DNA from: Haliotis rufescens
Taxonomy: Eukaryota
Length of the DNA stretch: 64,000 nucleotides
Assembly (NCBI RefSeq): GCF_023055435.1
Contig: NW_025964235.1
Coordinates: forward strand, 1,550,001-1,614,000
Reading direction: 5' to 3'
The translations under genes and the position numbers were made by a program. This document shows, piece by piece, positions 38,733 through 50,700 of the stretch; the first letter of the stretch is position 1; each line of letters opens with the position of its first letter. Below the pieces are notes generated by a model that saw only the letters and a program-made list of their open reading frames with translations, searched no databases and was not told where the DNA came from.

Positions 38733-41700
38733 ATGGCCCCTGTCACAGAGGAAGAGTTCGGGAAGACGGAGGCGGGAGAAAATGTCAGCAGGTAAATGAA
38801 CTCACTATCACACGACTGTTACACACAAGTGACAATTCCTTGTTCAGACACGCTAAAGATTCACACTGGTTGGAATAATGTATCAAGAATTAGTCTAACA
38901 GCCAGACTCTCTAACTGGGTCAGTGGTTGAATCATACGCGTGTGGCTGTATGGTGGCCTGGGGGACGTCTCAAAGACGTTTTATCAAGTAGGCGGAGACA
39001 CACATGAATGGTTGCCTGCTTTGTTAGTCAGTCAGTCATTCGTCTCACCCAAGATCCCTTCGCCCGAATGAAAACTTCTTAATCCTTGATACAAAGTGTG
39101 TGCCTCGTGTGTGTCAGGTACAGANNNNNNNNNNNNNNNNNNNNNNNNNNNNNNNNNNNNNNNNNNNNNNNNNNNNNNNNNNNNNNNNNNNNNNNNNNNN
39201 NNNNNNNNNNNNNNNNNNNNNNNNNNNNNNNNNNNNNNNNNNNNNNNNNNNNNNNNNNNNNNNNNCAATGGGTGTGTGTCAGGAACAGAATATTGGCACC
39301 CATTGTGTGTGTGTGTGTATGTGTGTGTGTGAGGAACAGAATATTGACACCCAATGTGTGTGTGTGTGTGTTTGCCAAGAAACAGAATAATGTCAGCCAG
39401 TGTATGTGTGTGTGTGTGCGTGCGTGCGTGTGTGTGTGTGTATGTGAGGAACAGAAAATTGTCAGCCAGTGTGTGTGTGTGCGTGTTTGTGTGTGCGTAG
39501 GAACAGAATATTGACACCCAGTGTGTCTGTGTGTGTGTGTGTTTGCCAGGAACAGAATAATGTCAGCCAGTGTGTGTGTGTGTGTGTGTGCGTAGGAACA
39601 GCATATTTGCACCCTAATGTGTGTGACGTGTGTGTGTGTGTGTGTCAGGAAAAGAATATTGGCACCCATTGTGTGTGTGACGTGTGTGTGTATGTGAGGA
39701 ACAGAATATTTGCACCCATTGTGTGTGTGACGTGTGTGTGTATGTGAAGAACAGAATATTGACACCCAATGTGTGTGTGTCTGTGAATGTGTGAGTGTGT
39801 GTGTGTGTGTGTGTTGACACCATGCATGCATAATCAATAGTGTCCTTGCCTTGACCTGTAGACGTCTCTTGACACGGAGCGCATGCATGATATGAAGAGG
39901 CTCCACAGTCCGATAATGAAAATACATGTAACCAATATCTCTTGCACATGTAAGTATCTCTATACGGGATGCATTTCGTTACAGCCGTCTCTGTGTGAGT
40001 GACACGGTAGTTTAACTTTTGGACAGTTGATACTATCAGGTGACCGCTGATAGGTGATAGGTGAATGTCGAATTCAATGCTCGTGATGTCAATTACTGGC
40101 TTGTCTGGTCCAGACTATATTTATTTACACTCCGCCGTCATAGAGCTGAACTATTGAGTGTGGCGTTAGCAAACAAACAAACTTAATTTAGACACCTACA
40201 TCATTTTACTTAATACAGAAGGCAATACCCTGCTAAAAAATAAAGAAGGAATACCGTACAACGTGTATATCCCGGTTGATTTATTTAAGAATTAACTTCA
40301 ATATTTTTTGCGTTTATATAAGTATAAAGGTATAAAGCGGAGTGCATACTGTGTTAATAACCAGCGTATATAACTCCAAAAAGGCAAAAAACATATCGAA
40401 GTAAGTTCTTATAAATAAATACGGCAACAATAATATCTTCACAAATTGCGTAATAAATCATTAACCCAAATACTGTAGACGACTGTTTGCGATTAGATAT
40501 TCAGCTACAGCTACAAATCCAGATATGTTTTTATTTTATTGAAAACTTTTGAACCTCTTTTGAAGGAAAACACCTTGCAACAATGTCATTTTTGTCAACA
40601 GTCTAATTACATTTTTCAAGACTTTTCGGTAACAATTACATTTTTTGTCGATAAAATGCCCGGCGCCACCCAGAATGCTCTCAGTTGGCGTAGCCTGATA
40701 TGCTTTCCGTTTATGGAAACGTAAACACACACATTGTCTTCTGTCATACCTGTTCTCAGATTCTTAACAACGTTACCCCGTTTTTGAAATTAGAACCCAC
40801 AGTTCACTGGAACATGTTCTACAGCCCCGCTGCTGCCGGTCTGCTTGATGTGTGCAACCAATTACCCCTTGTTTCTCCACCAGATACACCCTTACCAACA
40901 ACAACGTCCTTGTCCGCGTCTTGAACTACGGCGCCACCATCACTGACATCCTGGTTCCAGACAAACACGGCAACGTTGACGACATCAGTCTCGGCTTCGA
41001 CGACATAACAGGTTGGTAGAGGTGACGTGTGTTGCAGGACAGGCTACGCCCATTTTGACTGACAGACCGGAAGTCCTCCCTGGTCGCCCTCTCAGATGTC
41101 ATGTGACTGTAGTACTGTTCAAAATGGCGGTAGACCCAACTCACCCAATGCATTGGCTCATCGAATATGGGTGTATGACGAAGAATACCAGTGTGTAACA
41201 TGTGTCCAGTAGTTTAAATGACAGGTGTGTGTTCAATAAAATATATTGTTATGGATGACAGTAACAACGAGCTGTGCGCATGCGCTTTACACACATGAGG
41301 TGCCTATAGATATATTCACATAGTAAAATGCAAGGAACCAGTAGCTTGGTCGGATGAACGAGGCAAGGTGACAGTAGCTTGGTCGGATGAACGAGGCAAG
41401 GTGACAGTAGCTTGGTCGGATGAACGAGGCAAGGTGACAGTAGCTTGGTCGGATGAACGAGGCAAGGTGACAGTAGCTTGGTCGGATGAACGAGGCAAGG
41501 TGACAGTAGCTTGGTCGGATGAACGAGGCAAGGTGACAGTAGCTTGGTCGGATGAACGAGGCAAGGTGACAGTAGCTTGGTCGGATGAACGAGGCAAGGT
41601 GACAGTAGCTTGGTCGGATGAACGAGGCAAGGGACAGTAGCTTGGTCGGATGAACGAGGCAAGGTGACAGTAGCTTGGTCGGATGAACGAGGCAAGGTGA

Positions 41701-44700
41701 CAGTAGCTTGGTCGGATGAACGAGGCAAGGTGACAGTAGCTTGGTCGGATGAACGAGGCAAGGTGACAGTAGCTTGGTCGGATGAACGAGGCAAGGTGAC
41801 AGTAGCTTGGTCGGATGAACGAGGCAAGGTGACAGTAGCTTGGTCGGATGAACTAGGCAAGGTGACAGTAGCTTGGTCGGATGAACGAGGCAAGGTGACA
41901 GTAGCTTGGTCGGATGAACGAGGCAAGGTGACAGTAGCTTGGTCGGATGAACGAGGCAAGGTGACAGTAGCTTGGTCGGATGAACTAGGCAAGGTGACAG
42001 TAGCTTGGTCGGATGAACGAGGCAAGGTGACAGTAGCTTGGTCGGATGAACGAGGCAAGGTGACAGTAGCTTGGTCGGATGAACGAGGCAAGGTGACAGT
42101 AGCTTGGTCGGATGAACGAGGCAAGGTGACAGTAGCTTGGTCGGATGAACGAGGCAAGGTGACAGTAGCTTGGTCGGATGAACGAGGCAAGGTGACAGTA
42201 GCTTGGTCGGATGAACTAGGCAAGGTGACAGTAGCTTGGTCGGATGAACGAGGCAAGGTGACAGTAGCTTGGTCGGATGAACGAGGCAAGGTGACAGTAG
42301 CTTGGTCGGATGAACGAGGCAAGGTGACAGTAGCAGTGGCTGCGGTTGTGATATGGGTGCCCCTCAACACCCAGTCTAATCCCAGCTGGGCTGTGGTTGA
42401 GACCTTCTCATTCTGTCGTCACTGGACCGATGCTTATATGGATGAGTGAGTGAGTTTGGTTTTATGCCGTTTTTAGCAAAATACAGCAATATCACGGCGG
42501 GGAACAGCATGAAATGGGCTTCACACATTGTACCCATGTCGGGAATCGAACCCGGGTCTTCGGCGTGACGAGCGAACACTTTAACCACTAGGCTTCCACA
42601 CCGCCCCGAAGCTTATATCACACGTGACAAAGATAAGTGTTTTATTATGACAAATGACGCAGATGGTCGTTAAGGGAAAAGCGTATGTACATTTCATTGG
42701 AGATTAAGATCAACAATAAGCACCCGTGTGGGGGTTCAGGATTGGAACTGCTTCCTAACAACCTATGCTTGTAAGAAGCGAGTAAAGTGATCGGGTGATG
42801 AGGCTTGGCGACATGGTTGCTAGCGTGTCATCGTTCCCGAAGTCGTGCTCATGATATAAGTCACTGTTTTTCTGGTCTCGGTTATTTACAGGCCGTTTTG
42901 CGTGTTGTGGTTTTCTCACTTGTATCTCTGTATGACACACCATGAGTGAGTATGGTTTTACGCCGCTTTTAGCATGATACAAGCAATATCACGGCGGGGG
43001 ACACAAGAAATGGGCTTCACACATTGTACCCATGTCGGGAATCGAACCCGGGTCTTCGGCGTGACGAGCGAACGCTTTAACCACTAGGCTACCCGACCGC
43101 CCCGTATGACACACAGCACAACATATATAAACTAACCATGAACACGAGAAACTGACAATGTTACTTTAGCAACACCTGCACATCGTCGTTGTATACTCTT
43201 TTGACGATGATTGGTTGTTCTATTCATGTCACCAGGTTACCAAGACAACACACCCTACATTGGCACTGTCATTGGACGAGTCGCTAATCGTATAGCAGGA
43301 GCTAAATTCTCTTTGGACGGAAAAACTTACAACCTCGCTGCCAACCACGGGTCAAACTTTATACACGGCGGCGTGAAAGGCTTCAACAAAGTCGTGTGGA
43401 CCGCCAATGTCGTGGACGGCAAGAAACTTCAACTGAGGTACGTCAGCGACGACGGTGAAGAGGGCTTCCCGGGTGAGGTGACGACAACCGTGACGTATGA
43501 GCTGACGGATGACAATCAACTGTTCATTCAGTACGAGGCTCGCACCACCAAGACCACGCCCATCAACCTCACAAACCACGCCTACTTCAACATGGCCGGA
43601 CATGTAAGATTTCTAGGGTTTCAGTTCTGTCAGAAATACTGTGTCAAAGAGTAGTTACTGAACGCTGGCCAGTGGCCCATATACAAGTGTACGGATGATG
43701 ACAATGTAACCAATACTGCAAGTAATTACAATATCTGCAGCAATCAACGCTCATAAACGAAGGGTATATCATATATCTACAGTATGAGGGCGCGACCTTA
43801 CTTATTTACATTTTGAACTGGTCGCTTTAAATTCGTTTTCGAGAAACACATATCTTTACGCAATCATTTAAAGACATTGAGGGGTCACAATCTACACATA
43901 GAAACTATGAAATGAAGAAAGACAAAAAGTTTTAAGTTCACTACAACCGATTTGATTAGAAATTTGCTTAATTTAAAACAGACGGGAATACCCTTTTGCT
44001 AAAAATGGAAGTGAACACACCGCTACTAAATATGGCACTGAATATGTTGATTTGGAGGGTAGCGATCTTTCCTGGTTAGTTGTAAATACTGGCGGGGAAG
44101 ATAGTTATGTTACCTCTGTTTTCATCAGTCTGCAGGCCACATTGACGACCACGTTGTCAGAATCAACTCTGATGCCTACGCCGTCCTCGACGACACCTTC
44201 ATACCGACAGGTGAGGTGACTACCTGAATGACGTCATACCCCAGGTCGTGGGTCGAATCTGTTATACGTCACTACAGTTTATAAGAGTGATGACCCAGAG
44301 AAGTTGCAATCAGTTTTAAATGCTGTTCATGATTAGTGCTCAATGTGGAAAGTGGATGTTAATGTATTTAAACTAAAATTGTCATCTTTGGTAGCGGCTC
44401 AGTAACAAATCTAACTTGTCGTTCTACCTCGGTCAAGAGACTATTGAATTGGTAGATAACTATACTTATCTTGGGATTATATTAAACAGACACAGAAGAC
44501 AATTAGGAACCTTATTACTACTGCAACAAAAGCAGTATATGTTCTTCTTAAGAAGGCTCGTAATATACATCTTCCATTAGATTCAATACTAAAGCGTTTA
44601 TGTCATGACATCACCAATTCGTATGTATGGCTCTGAGGTTGCGAATCAGTGGAATCTATTAAAAGTGTACAACTAAAGGGTATCTTTTAAAATGGCATCG

Positions 44701-47700
44701 GGTCTCCGGGCGTCAACCCCCGGATTCATGGTATATGAAGAATTGGGTCGTTTTCCTTTTCACATAACCATAGCTAAAAGAATTATTAATTTGTGGCACA
44801 AACTGGAAATTCATGATAACCCTATATAGCTGGTTGAACAATGTCCAGAAAACGTGTAAACAACCCGTATTTGTACAACAGCAAGTAGCTAGTCTCTAAT
44901 GTAGAGTAACCGTTGAAAAATCAAGTTACACAGTCATGGTGGAGTACTCTGCGCAATAGTTCAAAAGGATCTTATTTAATTTACTTAAATCCTCCCCATC
45001 CTTTGAAAAATATCCCCCCCCCCCCCCTTCCTAGAACAATATCTTTCCCGCTTCTAACTTTTAGAACGTATACCTGTAGAGACTGGCCGCTGGCTTGCTA
45101 TACACAGAGAAGAAAGAACGTGTATCTGTAGAGACTGGCCGCTGGCTTGCTATACACAGAGAAGAAAGAACGTGTATCTGTAGAGACTGGCCGCTGGCTT
45201 GCTATACACAGAGAAGAAAGAACGTGTATCTGTAGAGACTGGCCGCTGGCTTGCTATACCCCGAGAAGAAAGAACGTGTATCTGTAGAGACTGGCCGCTG
45301 GCTTGCTATACACAGAGAAGAAAGAACGTGTATCTGTAGAGACTGGCCGCTGGCTTGCTATACCCCGAGAAGAAAGAACGTGTATCTGTAGAGACTGGCC
45401 GCTGGCTTGCTATACCCCGAGAAGAAAGAACGTGTGCCTGTAGAGACTGGCCGCTGGCTTGCTATACACAGAGAAGAAAGAACGTGTATCTGTAGAGACT
45501 GGCCGCTGGCTTGCTATACCCCGAGAAGAAAGAACGTGTATCTGTAGAGACTGGCCGCTGGCTTGCTATACCCCGAGAAGAAAGAACGTGTGCCTGTAGA
45601 GACTGGCCGCTGGCTTGCTATACACAGAGAAGAAAGAACGTGTATCTGTAGAGACTGGCCGCTGGCTTGCTATACACAGAGAAGAAAGAACGTGTATCTG
45701 TAGAGACTGGCCGCTGGCTTGCTATACACAGAGAAGAAAGAACGTGTATCTGTAGAGACTGGCCGCTGGCTTGCTATACACAGAGAAGAAAGAACGTGTA
45801 TCTGTAGAGACTGGCCGCTGGCTTGCTATACACAGAGAAGAAAGAACGTGTATCTGTAGAGACTGGCCGCTGGCTTGCTATACACAGAGAAGAAAGAACG
45901 TGTATCTGTAGAGACTGGCCGCTGGCTTGCTATACACAGAGAAGAAAGAACGTGTATCTGTAGAGACTGGCCGCTGGCTTGCTATACACAGAGAAGAAAG
46001 AACGTGTATCTGTAGAGACTGGCCGCTGGCTTGCTATACACAGAGAAGAAAGAACGTGTATCTGTAGAGACTGGCCGCTGGCTTGCTATACACAGAGAAG
46101 AAAGAACGTGTATCTGTAGAGACTGGCCGCTGGCTTGCTATACCCCGAGAAGAAAGAACGTGTATCTGTAGAGACTGGCCGCTGGCTTGCTATACCCCGA
46201 GAAGAAAGAACGTGTATCTGTAGAGACTGGCCGCTGGCTTGCTATACACAGAGAAGAAAGAACGTGTATCTGTAGAGACTGGCCGCTGGCTTGCTATACA
46301 CAGAGAAGAAAGAACGTGTATCTGTAGAGACTGGCCGCTGGCTTGCTATACCCCGAGAAGAAAGAACGTGTATCTGTAGAGACTGGCCGCTGGCTTGCTA
46401 TACACAGAGAAGAAAGAACGTGTATCTGTAGAGACTGGCCGCTGGCTTGCTATACCCCGAGAAGAAAGAACGTGTATCTGTAGAGACTGGCCGCTGGCTT
46501 GCTATACCCCGAGAAGAAAGAACGTGTATCTGTAGAGACTGGCCGCTGGCTTGCTATACCCCGAGAAGAAAGAACGTGTGCCTGTAGAGACTGGCCGCTG
46601 GCTTGCTATACACAGAGAAGAAAGAACGTGTATCTGTAGAGACTGGCCGCTGGCTTGCTATACACAGAGAAGAAAGAACGTGTATCTGTAGAGACTGGCC
46701 GCTGGCTTGCTATACCCCGAGAAGAAAGAACGTGTGCCTGTAGAGACTGGCCGCTGGCTTGCTATACACAGAGAAGAAAGAACGTGTATCTGTAGAGACT
46801 GGCCGCTGGCTTGCTATACCCCGAGAAGAAAGAACGTGTGCCTGTAGAGACTGGCCGCTGGCTTGCTATACACAGAGAAGAAAGAACGTGTATCTGTAGA
46901 GACTGGCCGCTGGCTTGCTATACACAGAGAAGAAAGAACGTGTATCTGTAGAGACTGGCCGCTGGCTTGCTATACCCCGAGAAGAAAGAACGTGTATCTG
47001 TAGAGACTGGCCGCTGGCTTGCTATACACAGAGAAGAAAGAACGTGTATCTGTAGAGACTGGCCGCTGGCTTGCTATACCCCGAGAAGAAAGAACGTGTG
47101 CCTGTAGAGACTGGCCGCTGGCTTGCTTTACACAGAGAAGAAAGAACGTATATCTGTAGAGACTGGCCGCTGGCTTGCTATACACAGAGAAGAAAGAACG
47201 TGTATCTGTAGAGACTGGCCGCTGGCTTGCTATACACAGAGAAGAAAGAACGTGTATCTGTAGAGACTGGCCGCTGGCTTGCTATACACAGAGAAGAAAG
47301 AACGTGTGCCTGTAGAGACTGGCCGCTGGCTTGCTATACACAGAGAAGAAAGAACGTATATCTGTAGAGACTGGCCGCTGGCTTGCTATACACAGAGAAG
47401 AAAGAACGTGTATCTGTAGAGACTGGCCGCTGGCTTGCTATACACAGAGAAGAAAGAACGTGTATCTGTAGAGACTGGCCGCTGGCTTGCTATACACAGA
47501 GAAGAAAGAACGTGTATCTGTAGAGACTGGCCGCTGGCTTGCTATACCCCGAGAAGAAAGAACGTGTGCCTGTAGAGACTGGCCGCTGGCTTGCTATACC
47601 CCGAGAAGAAAGAACACGTTCCCTTGTCACTCGCCAGCTTTTGCTCACGAGATCCACTATGTATTTAAATATCAAGCTTTTGATACAATCCGTAGTAGAC

Positions 47701-50700
47701 ATATGCCAGAAAATGTATATTTATGGCCTAATCTTTATAAACCCAAACAACTACAACTGAAATAGCAGAAATGAAGAATTTGTCAAAGTTAATTTCCAAT
47801 ACTACAAATTCTTTAGAAATCATACTTGAGTGTTTTCTTCCTGTCTGAATGATCACTTTTGTTGAACATAATATTTGTTTGACAAAGTAGACACACTTTA
47901 TGGATGACAACTTCTTTAATTACTGTAAAGGCGACGTTTCGCTGTAGATCCTTGTACCGTTGTCAAGCAAGACGCTACTACGTTGTCAAGCACGACGCTA
48001 CAACGTTGTCAAGCAAGACGCTACTACGTTGTCATCCGTCAACTTCCAAGTAATGCCTATCAAACAATTCATATAGTTGTGGTTGGTTCCATAAGAATGA
48101 AGAATTGAACGCTATCTCACTGACATGAAATCTCATGGACATGGGGCTGGTATGGAGATTCCATCGCTTCTGCTAGTTTTCTGATGGTGATGTATTTTGG
48201 TTGGAGTCGAGGATAATGGGCTTGTCCACTGGATCTGGTTGCTTGGATCCACTGGATCTGGTGGCTGGGGTCCACTGGATCTGGTTGCTTGGATGCACTG
48301 GATCTGGTGGCTGGGGTCCACTGATCTGGTGGCTTGCATCCACTGGATCTGGTTGCTTGGATCCGCTGGATCTGGTGGCTGGGGTCCAATGGATCTGGTT
48401 GGTTAGATCCACTGGATATGGCTGCTTGGATCCACTGGATCTGGTGGCTGGGGTCCACTGGATCTGGCTGCTTGGATCCACTGGATCTTGTGGCTGGGGT
48501 CCACTGGATCTGGTTGGTTAGATCCACTGGATCTGGCTGCTTGGATCCACTGGATCTGGTGGCTGTGGTCCACTGCATCTGGTTGCTTAGATCTACTGGA
48601 TCTGGCTGCTTGGATCCACTGGATCTGGTGACTGGGGCTCATTGGATCTGCTGGCTGGGGTCCACTGGATCTGGTTGCTGAGGTCCTCTGGATCTGGTGA
48701 CTGGGGTCCAATGGATCTGCCGGCTGGGGTTTTGCTGGCCTATGGTTCTGGTGGTTGGGATCCGCTGGATCTGGTTGCTTAGATCTACTGGATCTTGTGC
48801 CTGGGGTCCACTGGATCTGGTTGCTTGGATGCACTGGATCTGGTGGCTGGGATCATCTGGATCTGGTGGCTGGGGTCCACTGATCTGGTGGCTGGGGTCC
48901 ATTGGATCTGGTTGGTTAGATCCACTGGATCTGGCTGCTTGGATCCAATGGATCTGGTTGCTGGGGTCCACTGGATCTGGTTGGTTAGATCTACTGGATC
49001 TTGTGGCTGGGGTCCACTGGATCTGGTTGGTTAGATCCACTGGATCTGGCTGCTTGGATCCACTGGATCTGGTGGCTGGGGTCCACTGGATCTGGATGGT
49101 TAGATCCACTGGATCTGGTTGCTTGGATCCACTGGATCTGGTGGCTGGGGTCCAATGGATCTGGTGGCTTGGTTCCGCTGGATCTGGTTGCTTGGATCCG
49201 CTGGATCTGGTGGCTGGGGTCCACTGGACCTGGTTGCTTGGATCCACTGGATCTTGTGGCTGGGGTCCACTGGATCTGGTTGGTTAGATCCACTGGATCT
49301 GGCTGCTTGGATCCACTGGATCTGGTGGCTGGGGTCCACTGGATCTGGTTGGTTAGATCCACTGGATCTGGCTGCTTGGATCCACTGGATCTGGTGGCTG
49401 GGGTCCACTGGATCTGGTTGCTTAGATCTACTGGATCTGGTTGCTTGGATCCACTGGATCTGGTAGCTGGGGTCCACTAGATCTGGTTGCTTCGATGCAG
49501 TGGATCTGGTTGCTTAGATCTACTGGATCTGGTTGCTTCGATGCACTGGATCTGGTGGCTGGGGTCCACTGGATCTGGTTGGTTAGATCCACTGGATCTT
49601 GTGGCTGGGGTCCACTGCATCTGGTTGCTTAGATCTACTGGATCTGGCTGCTTGGATCCACTGGATCTGGTGACTGGGGCTCATTGGATCTGCTGGCTGG
49701 GGTCCACTGGATCTGGTTGCTGAGGTCCTCTGGATCTGGTGACTGGGGTCCAATGGATCTGCCGGCTGGGGTTTTGCTGGCTGTGATCGGCTACGACGCA
49801 TTAAGAGTCGTATTTGTCGGTTCATCTGTGGTGTTCTGTGATGGGGATGTTGAGAGGTCTTGATGTTTCTCCGATGTATCTGCATGTAATACTGCATATA
49901 ATCTTGTAGACTGTATGGGTGATCTGTGGTCGGGTGGTTATCGTCAGTATGAGGTTGCTGGTGCACACGGTGTCAAAATTGATGATGTATATTGTAGTAA
50001 TGTTTGAAGAGTTTTTGTAATTGTCTGATTATATTTTGCATATGTCGAAGGTGAAATAAAAGATGTCGCTGGAACCCCATACGACCTGCGGAGCCCGGTG
50101 CGGCTGGGTGATCACATGACGTCAGTTCCGGGAGAGAAAGGATACACTGTCAGCTATAACTTGGAGGATTCGGGGACCCTGAAACACGTGGCAAGGTGGG
50201 AGTGACAAACGCAGTACCTCAGACAGTGGATATCTACGGAAACACTGTTGATATTGCTTTGTTTATTTCTTATAGGACTCAGCTGATGCCGAGGCAAGGA
50301 AGTTAACTGACTCTAAGAGTCAAGTTTCCACCCGTGCCGAACTAGGTTAGAAATCCGACTTGGACTAACGAGTCTATGCAGAGTCAGTCAAAATCGCGTC
50401 ACAAACTAGACATCTTGTTCGTAAACAACATGGATTTTTACCTTACAGATTTCGGTCGACTTCAGGTTATTTTGTCGGTCGACAGATATTTTGCAAATAT
50501 GTTCATGTTTTTAATCCAGGTGCCTGGAAATTCCAGCCTAGTTCGGCAAGGGTGGAAACTGGACTTTCATAGTCAGGTAATGCCTCTGCCACGGGAAGAT
50601 GCTGATACTGATGGACACACGCTTTCTTTGTGTGAAATAAGGTATAAGCAAGTCAGCGAGCCTGGCTACCCGATTAAATGGAATTCTCAAATGGAATTAT

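Noticed and set aside
41249-42449. 373-aa and 261-aa repeat ORFs
   Set aside because: Translations of an intronic minisatellite.
43211-43654. Horizontally acquired bacterial galM or retrocopy
   Set aside because: B genes share six spliceosomal intron positions with A genes; only one intron is missing.
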